A DNA stretch of 64,000 bases from an uncultured Nitrososphaerota archaeon (GTDB lineage Archaea > Thermoproteota > Nitrososphaeria > Nitrososphaerales > Nitrosopumilaceae), in the NCBI GenBank assembly GCA_963824385.1, contig CAWGPD010000004.1, forward strand, positions 288,001-352,000, read 5' to 3'. The translations under genes were made by a program, and so were the position numbers. This document shows, in pieces, positions 1-10,217 of the stretch (position 1 is its first letter; each line of letters opens with the position of its first letter). The notes under the pieces were generated by a model. The model saw nothing but the letters and a program-made list of their open reading frames with translations, made no database searches and had not been told where the DNA came from.

Positions 1-2
1 AA

Positions 3-1115
3 GCAACAGTTCAAGGTCCGCCTGGACCACAAGGGCCACCTGGACCTCCAGGTCCACCCGGGCCACCAGGCTCATCTGGTTCGCCAAGCGCTATAATAGC
101 AGATTCACCACTTACTCATATTTTCAAGAGTGTTGAAAATTCGGTAGTCCAGATAACAAGCAAGGTAACAACTACAGATGATAGCATCATAATTAACGGC
201 GCACCATTAGAAGGTCAATCTACAAGACTTGGTTCGGGTTTCATCTATGATACCAGTGGGAGAATAATTACCAATAATCACGTAGTGGAAGGATCAAAAA
301 CAGTAAACGTAACTTTTGTTGATGGAAACACATACACTGCTAAAGTTGTCGGTACTGATCCAGGAAATGACATTGCAGTAATACAAATAATAGACAATTT
401 TACAGATGAGAGTATTGTTCCTTTAACTCTTGCAAATTCATCACAGGTTGATGTGGGACAACAAGTTATTGCAATTGGAAATCCATTTGGGCTTAGTGAT
501 ACAATGACAACTGGAATAGTAAGCCAAGTTGGCAGACTTCTTCCAAACGAGAATTCAGAAGGATTCTCAATTCCAGACATAATACAAGTAGATGCTGCCA
601 TCAATCCAGGAAATTCTGGCGGTCCATTATTAGACTTGAACAGCCAGGTGATAGGAATGAATACTGCCATCAAAACTAGCACCGGAGATTTTGCAGGAAT
701 TGGATTTGCAGTACCGTCTAATACAATTAACAGAATCGCTCCAATTTTAATCAAATATGGAAACTATACCCACCCATACCTTGGGATATCTGGAAGAAGT
801 TTAGATCCAGATGTTGCCCTTGCAAACGGATTAGCAAGAAACTTCAAGGGAGTACTAGTGGAACAGATAGTCAAGGGAGGACCTGCTGATAAGGCAGGAA
901 TAATTCCAGCCACACCTGATGAAAACAACATTCCACATGGCGGAGATATCATAACAGCTATTGACGGCCATCAAGTAAAGACGATTTATGACGTCATTGT
1001 ATATCTAGACGAACAGAAAAATGTAGGAGACAAGGTAGTAATTTCAATTTATAGGCAAGGAAAATCAATCGACTTGACTGCTACACTTGAAGCAAGACCT
1101 GTTCCATCATCTTAA
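3..1115 (+). CDS. HtrA/DegP-like trypsin serine protease with PDZ domain and N-terminal collagen-like repeat (5'-truncated by window)
   Basis: Frame is open from nt 3: ATVQ-GPPGPQGPPGPPGPPGPPGSSGSP...GSGFIYD...ITNNHVV (His), DIAVI (Asp), INPGNSGGPL (Ser), then PDZ (YLGI...GGPADKAGI...GDIITAIDG). Confidence 0.95.
   Translation, partial: ATVQGPPGPQGPPGPPGPPGPPGSSGSPSAIIADSPLTHIFKSVENSVVQITSKVTTTDDSIIINGAPLEGQSTRLGSGFIYDTSGRIITNNHVVEGSKTVNVTFVDGNTYTAKVVGTDPGNDIAVIQIIDNFTDESIVPLTLANSSQVDVGQQVIAIGNPFGLSDTMTTGIVSQVGRLLPNENSEGFSIPDIIQVDAAINPGNSGGPLLDLNSQVIGMNTAIKTSTGDFAGIGFAVPSNTINRIAPILIKYGNYTHPYLGISGRSLDPDVALANGLARNFKGVLVEQIVKGGPADKAGIIPATPDENNIPHGGDIITAIDGHQVKTIYDVIVYLDEQKNVGDKVVISIYRQGKSIDLTATLEARPVPSS
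15..86 (+). repeat. Collagen-like Gly-X-Y coding repeat (8 triplets)
   Basis: ggt ccg cct gga cca caa ggg cca cct gga cct cca ggt cca ccc ggg cca cca ggc tca tct ggt tcg cca. Confidence 0.9.
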
Positions 1116-1693
1116 TTATCTTCAAAAATATTTTCCGAGATTTTAAAATTCCACAGGTTACCAGTTGCTTTTTTTATTCCAATCCGTGGTCCAGATGTGA
1201 TCTCTGATCTTTTTAATTTCACCCCATCAACTATAAACAGATTAGATCTTTTAGTTAGATCTTCGCCATACTCCTTCTTTGTTATTTTTAATGCCTGTGT
1301 CAATTTGGCAGGACCGTTTGTGAGATTAGAAATGTCAGTAGTTTTTCGTTGCTTTAGCATAAAGTCTAGTCCCTGCTTTGGAAAAAGTGATCTGATTAAA
1401 ACTGCACCTGCAAGAGAATTAGAATTTCGTGCTACAGCATTTACACAGTAATGCATTCCATATGTAAAGTAAACATATGCCCTGCCAACTTGGTCAAACA
1501 TGGCTTTATTTCTCTCGGTCATACCTCCAAATGAGTGACTTGCCGCATCATCTTTGTACTTGTAAGCTTCAGTTTCAATAATCATTCCAGAGATTAGATT
1601 ACCAGCAATATTTCTAACTAAAGTTTTTCCAAGCAAGTCTTGAGCAACTTTTACAGTATCCCGAGCATAAAATGAACGCATTAGTAAATTCAT
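1112..1693 (-). CDS. mpg: 3-methyladenine DNA glycosylase (AAG/MPG family)
   Basis: VAQDLLGK, IIETEAY, AYVYFTYGMHYCVN, AVLIR, NGPAKL, GPRIGI motifs. Confidence 0.95.
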   Translation of the reverse strand: MNLLMRSFYARDTVKVAQDLLGKTLVRNIAGNLISGMIIETEAYKYKDDAASHSFGGMTERNKAMFDQVGRAYVYFTYGMHYCVNAVARNSNSLAGAVLIRSLFPKQGLDFMLKQRKTTDISNLTNGPAKLTQALKITKKEYGEDLTKRSNLFIVDGVKLKRSEITSGPRIGIKKATGNLWNFKISENIFEDN

Positions 1694-2271
1694 TTTGAGA
1701 TTTCTACATCCAGACCCTTTCTTAATTTATCTAGAGTTTGTGCAAGTAAGACAAAATCATCTTTGAGAACTTGCCTCAAGGAAGGATTGTAAATAATAGC
1801 AGCTGGATGAACGGTTACAAAATAGAGCTGATCATTATTTTTTACAAGTTTGCCTCGATTTTTAGTAATAGCGCTGCCATCCAGCAAAGAGCTATAAGCA
1901 GTATTGCCCAATATACAAATTATTTTGGGTTTAATTATCTTCAATTCTTCAGATAAAAATTTTCTACATGCATCTCGTTCTTCGGTGTTAGGCTGTCTGT
2001 TATTAGGAGGCCTACATTTTACAACATTAGTAATATACACTTGATCTCTGGTAAATCCAGCAAATTCTAGTGCTTCAGAGAGAATTTGGCCAGCAGTCCC
2101 TACAAATGGTTTACCTTGAAGATCTTCATTTCTCCCAGGAGCCTCCCCTACAAAGATTACATCAGATTTTTCATTGCCAATTCCAGGTACTGCGTTTGTT
2201 CTTGATTTTGAAAGGCTACAATTAATGCATGAGATCACCCTATTTCGTATATCATTTAATTTTTCAGACAT
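1690..2271 (-). CDS. udg: Uracil-DNA glycosylase family 4 (Fe-S)
   Basis: CxxCxL, GEAPG, PFVG, YITNVVKCRPPNNR, HPAA motifs; start taken at MSEKL. Confidence 0.95.
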   Translation of the reverse strand: MSEKLNDIRNRVISCINCSLSKSRTNAVPGIGNEKSDVIFVGEAPGRNEDLQGKPFVGTAGQILSEALEFAGFTRDQVYITNVVKCRPPNNRQPNTEERDACRKFLSEELKIIKPKIICILGNTAYSSLLDGSAITKNRGKLVKNNDQLYFVTVHPAAIIYNPSLRQVLKDDFVLLAQTLDKLRKGLDVEISK

Positions 2272-2272
2272 G

Positions 2273-3691
2273 TTATGTTGCCACACTTTTTACAATTGAT
2301 TTACCACGTATATGTGGACCGCCATTTCCCATTCTCATCACTTGCATAGGATCTCCTTTTCCACAATTTGCAATTGGCCTTACTTGGAAATCTTTTCCTC
2401 TAGCATCAATTGATTCAAAAAATTCAGGCGAGTTACCCATTACTATAACATCTCTTAGTAACGCACCCAATTCTCCATTTTCAATTTTTTGAGCATATTG
2501 ACAAGATATACTCCAATTATATCGCATCATATCAATTGAGGGAATTTTCATATTACAGATCAGATATCCGTTTTTAACATCCTTTATCATTTCTTCAGGA
2601 TTCCAATTTCCAGGCTCTATGCACGTGCATGCCATTCGTATAAGTGGCATAAATGAATAACCGCTAGCTCGCATTGATGAATTTGCAGGTGCATCAAATA
2701 GAGCGGCAGTTTCCCTGCTTTGCATATGAGTGTTCAACACTCCATCTTTTATCAGAGTTTTTTTTGTAGCAGACACTCCTTCGTCATCATACTTGTACCA
2801 CCCTAAACTGGATGCAATTGTAGGATCATCAATCACATTAAGTTCTGATGAACCAATCTTTGTTCCAATTTTTCCTGCCCACCAGGAACCACCTGCCCAT
2901 GCCATTTCTTTTCCAAGCACTCTGTCAGCTTCTGATGGATGACCTAAAATTTCATGAGTAAGCAATGCAACAAAATCTGGATTCATTACCACGGTTGCCT
3001 TGTCTTCCTTTACTGTCTGTGCATCAAGTAAGGCATCAGCTTTTTCAGAAATTGATTGTGCAACTATAAGTATGTCATTTTTACCTGTAATCATCTCCAA
3101 TCCTCCCCTACCCCCCTCAGTAGTATTGACTGATTCAGTTAATCCAGAATAATGTGCTGTTGCCGACATGTTTGCTATGACATCATCAAAATTATGAGTA
3201 ATTTTAGAACCTTCACTGTTTACGAAATACTTGTGAAATTTATCATGATGAATAGATACTGATGATTTGATTATTCTTTTTGTACTTTGAATTATACCGT
3301 CTGATTCAATGCCAATTTTCATCATCTCTTCTACAGATGGCAATATCCTTACTTGATAATTTACCACATCAGTAAAAGATTTGACATTTGCAAGTCTTAC
3401 CTTTTGTTTTTTATATTCAGAATAATGCCTAGCCGATTTTATGGCATCAATGATGTTTTCCTGTAATGATTCAAATGATTTTGGGTCAGACATGGAGCAA
3501 AATCCCCATGCACCGTTAACTAGGACCCTTATTCCTAATCCAGAATCATTAGATGAGATGAGATTTTCTACCTCTCCATTTTCAACTACAACCCCAATAG
3601 TTTGTACAGATTCTGCTCTTACATCACAATATTGAGAACCATGTTGGAGCGCAACTTGAACTGCCCTTTCAGCGTAATCTTCCAGAGTCAT
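2273..3691 (-). CDS. tldD: TldD/PmbA family metalloprotease (TldD type)
   Basis: GLGIRVLVNGAWGF, HEILGHPSEAD, YDDEG, CGKG..Q, GGPH; start taken at MTLEDY. Confidence 0.92.
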   Translation of the reverse strand: MTLEDYAERAVQVALQHGSQYCDVRAESVQTIGVVVENGEVENLISSNDSGLGIRVLVNGAWGFCSMSDPKSFESLQENIIDAIKSARHYSEYKKQKVRLANVKSFTDVVNYQVRILPSVEEMMKIGIESDGIIQSTKRIIKSSVSIHHDKFHKYFVNSEGSKITHNFDDVIANMSATAHYSGLTESVNTTEGGRGGLEMITGKNDILIVAQSISEKADALLDAQTVKEDKATVVMNPDFVALLTHEILGHPSEADRVLGKEMAWAGGSWWAGKIGTKIGSSELNVIDDPTIASSLGWYKYDDEGVSATKKTLIKDGVLNTHMQSRETAALFDAPANSSMRASGYSFMPLIRMACTCIEPGNWNPEEMIKDVKNGYLICNMKIPSIDMMRYNWSISCQYAQKIENGELGALLRDVIVMGNSPEFFESIDARGKDFQVRPIANCGKGDPMQVMRMGNGGPHIRGKSIVKSVAT

Positions 3692-3722
3692 TTTGTTGAA
3701 ATAATAACAATCAAGTCCATAC

Positions 3723-5613
3723 CTATATCGGAGTTCTATATACATCAGTTTTTGGAATTGTAAATGAGAATGTTGTACCTTTAGATAATTCACTTACCAT
3801 CCAAATTCTTCCACCATGAGCTTCTACAATGCCTTTACAAATGGATAACCCCAAGCCGCTGCCTCCCTTTTCTCTTGTACTAGTAGTGTCAACTTGATAG
3901 AACTTTTTGAAAATTCCATCTGTTGCTTCAGCTGGTATTCCACGTCCATTATCCTTGACTGAAACTATAATCTCAGATGTTTTTTCTTCAACAGTTACTT
4001 CGACTTTGCCTGTTTTGGGAGGAGTTGCCTTTAAGCTATTTTTGATTAGATTTGTAAGTACCTGTTTAATTCTTACATCATCATAAGATGCGTAGATATC
4101 GTTTCCTACAGAATAGGTAAGAGCGATACCATCAGCCTCTGCTTGTGGCTGCATTGAAATTATTGTTTTTTCCACAGATTCTTGGATATTATTTCTCTCC
4201 TTCTTTATTCGTAGTTGTCCAAGATCCAATTTTTGTGCATCGAGTAAATCAGATATTAACTGTAACAAAGTTGAAGCACTTGAGCTGAATTATTTGCAAT
4301 CTCTCTTTTTGAGCAGCGTTTAGAGTTCCAAGGTGTCCACCAAGTAGGATATCTGAATACCCCTGTATTGGAACAAGTGGTGTTTTTAGTTCATGAGTAA
4401 CCATTGCAAGAAATTCATCTTTTGCAGTCTCTACTTTCTTTGCCTCTTCCTCTTTTTTCTGGATGGTTGAAGACATTGAATTGAAGGTATCTGCTAATTC
4501 TCCAATCTCATCTTTTGACGAATAGTTGATCTTTTCACCATAAAATCCCTCTCTTACACGACCCATGACTTTTGTCAAAGCCCCAAGAGGCGACAATGAG
4601 CGTCTAATGGATAATACAACTGATACAAATACTACAATATCTGCAACTATTAACAATTGAACCACTATGACATTTGAATGAAGTTTAGAGTCTATCAGTT
4701 CATTCCATTGATTTACAAAGTCCGATGTCGCATCAAGCAATAGGTTTCGCTGAGTATTCAAGTTAGTCAATGCGGCTCCAAAATCTTTGGATAGTAAAGT
4801 ATTAGATTCAATAAAAATTAATTTTACCCGGACAGATTCCCACACAGGGTCGAGTTGTCGTATAGAATCAGAGTTTTCTCTGGGAATTACTGCAAGTGTT
4901 TCTTGAGATATAGTATAATTTGCAAATTCAGTATCATTTAATGGAAGTCCTTCTAGTTTATTCAAATCAGCGTCAAAAGTGATTTGGTCTTTTTTTAGAG
5001 AAGAGGTAACATTTCCACCTTCACCAATAGAATACAACAATGTTTTCTCACCAATATCTTGAGCAATACTTGTCATCTCAAGGGCAATAATTTTATGCTT
5101 GTTATAATTTCGATCTAATGGCATTAGATCATTACTAATTCCATTTGTCAATGAAATCATCTGGCCATTTTTGCCAAGGATGTATTTTAGATCATTTAAG
5201 ACACGTGCATCAAAAATATTTTCTTGTTTTATTTTTTCTGCATCTTCTTTGTAGGGTGTCCATTGATCTCCCACTTTATCATATGCCGGCATTAATTCGG
5301 ATGGAACTGCAACAACATTTAATCCTCCAATATTTCCACCTTCTCCAAGTTTTGCATAAGTGGTATCAAAGTCAGATACTTCAGTTTCCAAAGTCGGTCT
5401 GTCTGCTTCATTACCACCAGCAATTGAGTTGGCAGTGCCTCCGATTCTTTCAACTACGACTTTAAGATCACTTGCATAACTAATAGAATGTAAAACATTT
5501 TGATTTTCTTGAGATGTGAATATGAGAAGATAGAGGTTCACCGCTGAGACTCCTATTATGACTGCAAGTAGTAGGTAGGTCTTTTGGGTAAGTTTCACAA
5601 ATAAAAAAACCAT
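3723..5613 (-). CDS. Membrane sensor histidine kinase (2 TM, extracellular helical sensor, HAMP, HisKA, HATPase); +1 frameshift near 4290
   Basis: HAMP (DEIGELADTFNSM), H-box THELKTPL, N-box QVLTNLIKN, G1 DNGRGIP, G2 GGSGLGLSI; ORFs 4249..5613 and 3723..4268 join if one base is removed. Confidence 0.93.
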
Positions 5614-5662
5614 TCAGAGCGGTATAAAAGTTAGTATAATTGTTATGCAGTAAGAAGTCAAA

Positions 5663-6032
5663 ATGTCTGAAGAGTTTCTAAAGGTAGCAAGACAGGAGAT
5701 ACAATCAGAGATAGACAGTTTGAAAGAGGCTTTGCTTACATGTACTAATGACGAGAAATTCTATAAAAAATCATTAGACATTGAAAAACACATGCACAAA
5801 ATCAAGGGTTTGGCACCCATGATGGGACAAGAGAAAATAGGAGAGATTGCTCGAATAAGTGATTTGATTTTAAAACATGTCATAAACCATGGAATATTGA
5901 AAGGCTCACATGAGATAATTTCAGAAGCAGTTCAGAGAATGAATCATATTTTCAATATAGATTCCAAAATTGAAGATAGACGATTTTAGAAAGCAAGTAA
6001 TTGATGTTTATCCTGACATAACAGATTTTTAA
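5663..6032 (+). CDS. Stand-alone Hpt (histidine phosphotransfer) protein; probable +1 frameshift near 5974
   Basis: EEFLKVARQEI...HMHKIKGLAPMMG (HxxKG Hpt motif); shifted frame continues IDDFRKQVIDVYPDITDF*. Confidence 0.8.
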
Positions 6033-6075
6033 TTTACACTTGTAATTATATACGACATATTGTCATCTACATAGC

Positions 6076-6438
6076 ATGGCTAGTGTTATGATAGTTGATG
6101 ACTCTGATGCCATTAGAATGGTTTTGAAGGACATCGTAACCATAGGCAAGCACAATCTTGCTGTAGAATTACAAAATGGTGAGCGAGTTTTAGAAGAATA
6201 CATCAAATTAAAACCAGACATTGTTTTGTTAGACATGGCAATGCCAAAAAAAGATGGTGTTTCAGTACTCAAAGAAATTATTGAATTTAATCCAGCTGCA
6301 AATGTAATTATGATTTCAGCAAGTGATAATCAAGAGACTGTAAAAGAGTGTCTAAGTTTAGGAGCCAAGGCATATATTCTAAAACCATTTAATTTTCAGG
6401 AAGTATTAGATATAATCACTCAAGTTGTTAAATCATAA
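6076..6438 (+). CDS. Single-domain CheY-like response regulator
   Basis: IVDDS, LLDMAMPKKDG (phospho-Asp), ISA, YILKPF. Confidence 0.95.
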   Translation: MASVMIVDDSDAIRMVLKDIVTIGKHNLAVELQNGERVLEEYIKLKPDIVLLDMAMPKKDGVSVLKEIIEFNPAANVIMISASDNQETVKECLSLGAKAYILKPFNFQEVLDIITQVVKS

Positions 6439-6439
6439 A

Positions 6440-7351
6440 TTAGATTGTCTTGTATCCCTGACTTGACATCCATTTTGCCTTCTCCAATGGAAATCTATTA
6501 CTACATTTGACACAAAAGTAATCTTGTGCTGGCTCTGGGAATTTGTCTCCACAGTCTCTACAGATATAATAATTATCCAGTGATTTGTAATCAACTCCGA
6601 GGATCTTAATCTCCTTGTGACATTTTGGGCATTTGTTTTCTTTGTAAGAATCTTCAATTGAAACATTGCCACATTTGAAATGCTCTATTAGTTTTCCTTG
6701 AGTAAAGTTAGTACTTCTGCATGCTGGACAGAAAAAATTGGGAAGGATTCTTAATGAATTGCATTGATTGCACAAAACCTCTTTTATGTTTGAGATTTTC
6801 ATTATTATTTTCTCATTTTCAAGCTGTGAAAGGCATTTTTTCAGTAGATCGTTTTCAGTACCAGAATATTCAGAAAGTCGTGCAAAACTCATCCTTGAAG
6901 AAGATTTTAGATGCGAGGTAATTCTTTCAAGGTCATCAGTAGGTTTTTCCTCAAGAATAGATCTCTCTTGTTCTAGAGTTTCAAAGACACTTTTGAGATT
7001 TTCAAATCTGATTGGTTTTTCAATATAGAGATAAGCCCCTCCTCTAAGAGCGCCTTTGATTTGTTCATCCGACTTGGAATCTGCAGTTTCAAGAATAATT
7101 TTTGTGTCAGGACGTATGTCAAAAATACTTGCCATCACTTCATTTGCGTTCATATCTGGGAGATGAAAGTCCAGTAAAACTATAGGCTGCTTTCCAGCCG
7201 ATTCCAGTTCAGAAAATACCTGAATCCCTGTCTTTCCATCGGTACATGCCTCAATATTTTCATATCCTAGTTTTTTTAGAAAATCTCTTAGTAAGATAGT
7301 TGTAGCCATACTATCCTCGATTATAAGGACGTCATTTTTTCTTCCAGACAT
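6440..7351 (-). CDS. Response regulator: REC + wHTH-like + Cys-rich thaumarchaeal output domain (TackOD1-like)
   Basis: IIEDS/LLDFHLPD/YIEKP REC domain; C-terminal CNQC, CPAC, HFKC, CPKC, CRDC, CVKC knuckles. Confidence 0.88.
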   Translation of the reverse strand: MSGRKNDVLIIEDSMATTILLRDFLKKLGYENIEACTDGKTGIQVFSELESAGKQPIVLLDFHLPDMNANEVMASIFDIRPDTKIILETADSKSDEQIKGALRGGAYLYIEKPIRFENLKSVFETLEQERSILEEKPTDDLERITSHLKSSSRMSFARLSEYSGTENDLLKKCLSQLENEKIIMKISNIKEVLCNQCNSLRILPNFFCPACRSTNFTQGKLIEHFKCGNVSIEDSYKENKCPKCHKEIKILGVDYKSLDNYYICRDCGDKFPEPAQDYFCVKCSNRFPLEKAKWMSSQGYKTI

Positions 7352-7433
7352 AAGATGTGTTTCAATATCATGCTATATTATTCTTAAAGAAAATACAGGT
7401 ATGGTTAAAAGGTGCAGAAAATGACTACCACTC

Positions 7434-9239
7434 ATGGAAAAATATGTAGTAGACACTAGCATCATAATTGACGGCGAGATTACCAAGTTAATTGAAGCTG
7501 GAACCTTAACAAATTGTGAAATAATAATTCCTGTTGCGGTTTTAGATGAATTACAATCACAGGCATCCCAACACAAGGATTATGGCTTCATAGGTCTAGA
7601 AGAGATTAAAAAAATTCGTGATCTTGCGGAAAAAAACAACATTATCCTAAGATTTGAAGGTGAGAGGCCCAGCATGGAGGATATAAAACTTGCAAGACAT
7701 GGCAGAATTGATGCAATAATTAAAGACATTGCAAAAAAGAACGGTGCTACATTTTATACTGCAGACTATGTTCAGGCATTGGTAGCTCAAGTGGAAGGAG
7801 TAAAAACAAGCTACTCAAAACCACAGATAAAAATTTCAGATTTAGAATTTGAGAAATTCTTTGATAACCAAACTATGAGCATTCACCTCAAGGAAGGAAC
7901 TACACCTCTTGCAAAACGAGGAAAACCTGGTGGATTTTCTCTAGTAGAAATCAATGAAACGGTACTGACAAAAGAATACTTGGAAGGAATTACTACAGAA
8001 ATCTTGGAAGCATCAAGAGCTACCCGATTGGGCATAATTGAAATATCAAAATCAGGAGTAATAGTAATCCAATACAAAGATTTCAGAGTAGTAGTAACCC
8101 ATTCACCATTTTCAAGCAGTTATGAAATCACAATAACTCATCCCATAGTAAAAATGGCATTAGAACAGTATACAATTTCTGAAAAGTTAATGAAACGTAT
8201 TTCTGGAGAGGCTGAAGGAATACTAATTTCAGGGGCACCAGGCTCTGGCAAGAGTACTTTTGCATCAAGCCTTGCAGATTTTTACTCTAACAAAGGCAAG
8301 ATAGTAAAGACGTTCGAGTCACCAAGAGATCTTTCTGTAAGCAAGAAGGTAACACAATATACGCAACTTGAAGGAAGTTTTGAAAATGCTGCAGATATAC
8401 TACTTCTTGTCAGACCAGACTATACAATATTTGATGAGGTAAGAAGATTTCATGATTTTAGAGTATTCTCAGACCTAAGACTTGCAGGAGTTGGAATGGT
8501 AGGAGTTGTGCATGCACATGCTCCTCTTGACGCAATACAGAGGTTCATAGGAAAAGTTGAGCTTGGTATGATTCCACATATTTTGGATACTGTTGTCTTT
8601 ATTCAAGCAGGTCAAATTTCCAAAGTATACGAATTAGAATTCAAAGTAAAGGTTCCTACAGGGATGACAGAGCAGGACTTGGCAAGACCAGTCATAGAAA
8701 TTAGAAATTTTGAAGACCATGTTCTAGAGTATGAAATCTACACATTTGGTGAGGAGAATATAGTAATTCCAATATCAAAAGAAAGCAAAAGTGGAGGAAT
8801 AGAAAAACTTGCAGAATCTAAAATCAGAGACACAATACGAAGATTTGATTCGGATGCAGAAATAGAGATTTTATCAAATAACAGCATACGAGTACGAGTA
8901 GACAAGGAATCAATTCCATCAATAATTGGCAGAGGTGGTGCCACAGTAAATGATCTTGAGAAAACACTTGGTGTTCATATCGATGTTGTGTCAAAGGAAG
9001 AATCTTCCAGAGGTGGAGAATGGTTTGAAATGTCAGAATCAGGAAATAATTTTATTTTAGAAGTTGACATATCAAAGTCAGGTATGGATGCAGAGATTTA
9101 TGTCAGTGATAGAAATGTATTGTCTACCAGAGTTGGAAAAAACGGCAAGATAATAATTGCAAAAAAATCCACAGCAGGAAGAAGATTGATTGATGCAGTG
9201 ATGTCAAAAAATGACATCAAGGTAACCGTCCATGATTAG
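7434..9239 (+). CDS. PIN-domain ATPase with KH domain (PINA / PINc-VapC family ATPase)
   Basis: N-terminal PIN (VVDTS), Walker A GAPGSGKS, FESPRDL, RPDYTIFDEVR, KH IIGRGG. Confidence 0.93.
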   Translation: MEKYVVDTSIIIDGEITKLIEAGTLTNCEIIIPVAVLDELQSQASQHKDYGFIGLEEIKKIRDLAEKNNIILRFEGERPSMEDIKLARHGRIDAIIKDIAKKNGATFYTADYVQALVAQVEGVKTSYSKPQIKISDLEFEKFFDNQTMSIHLKEGTTPLAKRGKPGGFSLVEINETVLTKEYLEGITTEILEASRATRLGIIEISKSGVIVIQYKDFRVVVTHSPFSSSYEITITHPIVKMALEQYTISEKLMKRISGEAEGILISGAPGSGKSTFASSLADFYSNKGKIVKTFESPRDLSVSKKVTQYTQLEGSFENAADILLLVRPDYTIFDEVRRFHDFRVFSDLRLAGVGMVGVVHAHAPLDAIQRFIGKVELGMIPHILDTVVFIQAGQISKVYELEFKVKVPTGMTEQDLARPVIEIRNFEDHVLEYEIYTFGEENIVIPISKESKSGGIEKLAESKIRDTIRRFDSDAEIEILSNNSIRVRVDKESIPSIIGRGGATVNDLEKTLGVHIDVVSKEESSRGGEWFEMSESGNNFILEVDISKSGMDAEIYVSDRNVLSTRVGKNGKIIIAKKSTAGRRLIDAVMSKNDIKVTVHD

Positions 9240-9695
9240 TTATTGAAAATTTTCAAGAATTTTTGGATTAGATTTTAAAAATGTAACAAACTTTCTTAGT
9301 TGCTTTATGGTTTGCGGGTTAAGATGATGCTCAATTCCTTCAACATCTTGATTTGCAATTTCGTGGTTTATTCCAAGCATCCTAAAGAACTCAAGTAGAG
9401 TACCATGCTTTTGTCTTACGGTATCTGCTAGTGATGTACCTTTTTGTGTCAAGTTTATTCTTCTATATTTCTCATATTCCAGATATCCACCATCACCTAG
9501 TTTTTGGACCATTTTTGTAACAGAGGGAGCGCTGACGTTAAGATACCTTGAGATATCAAGAGTATTTGCATATCCCTTGAGTTCCACAAGTTCAGATATC
9601 ACCTCAAGATAATCTTCGATTCTAGAATAATCAGTTTTTGCCGACTTATGTGCCTCTTTTATAGATTCTAGCCTCTCAGCCCGCTTTTCTTTCAT
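9240..9695 (-). CDS. DtxR/MntR family metal-dependent transcriptional regulator
   Basis: EDYLEVI, LNVSAPSVTKM, RQKHGTLLEFF, DVEGIEHHL; start at MKEKR has a TATA-like box about 25 nt upstream. Confidence 0.93.
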   Translation of the reverse strand: MKEKRAERLESIKEAHKSAKTDYSRIEDYLEVISELVELKGYANTLDISRYLNVSAPSVTKMVQKLGDGGYLEYEKYRRINLTQKGTSLADTVRQKHGTLLEFFRMLGINHEIANQDVEGIEHHLNPQTIKQLRKFVTFLKSNPKILENFQ

Positions 9696-9735
9696 ATTTT
9701 TGATAATTACATTTGAAATCATATAACCTAATCTG

Positions 9736-10155
9736 TTGATCAGAAATGTTTACCCAGTTGTGAGTGATCTTTTGCGTGGAATGTTAACTATCATTTCAAA
9801 AAGAGAGGTCATGGATGAGGGAATGAAGACTAGTATTGATAAAATAAAGAAAGTAAGAGATTCCCTTCACAGAAGAGCAAAGATGTACTCTGATCTTGGA
9901 AAGATGGACGATAGAGGAACTGCGCGTGCATTAGGTTCAGTCCAGAGAGCATCAGCACCAGGAAAAAAGATCACAAAGATAGGATTCATTATGCTTATTT
10001 CACCAGATCCATTTAGCACACCTTTTGCCGTTCCCATGATAATTGCTGGAAAATATCTGGAAAAAGTATACAACGGTGCAACCATCAAAGACATTGGGCA
10101 GGAGACCAAGAATTTTGTTTCTGACATGTCCAGCATCAAAGACCACATAAACTAA
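9736..10155 (+). CDS. Hypothetical protein (true start probably downstream, about 9811)
   Basis: Fills the gap between genes; hydrophobic hairpin IGFIMLISPDPFSTPFAVPMIIAG. Confidence 0.65.
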   Translation: MIRNVYPVVSDLLRGMLTIISKREVMDEGMKTSIDKIKKVRDSLHRRAKMYSDLGKMDDRGTARALGSVQRASAPGKKITKIGFIMLISPDPFSTPFAVPMIIAGKYLEKVYNGATIKDIGQETKNFVSDMSSIKDHIN

Positions 10156-10217
10156 TTCCAAGAAAAATTCCATTATTTTTGCATTAGTTTTTAACTAGAC
10201 ATCGACCCTAGTTTTTT

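Noticed and set aside
7434..9239. VapC toxin or secretion ATPase
   Set aside because: PIN + ATPase + KH architecture matches the conserved archaeal PINA family; no antitoxin or pilus genes adjacent
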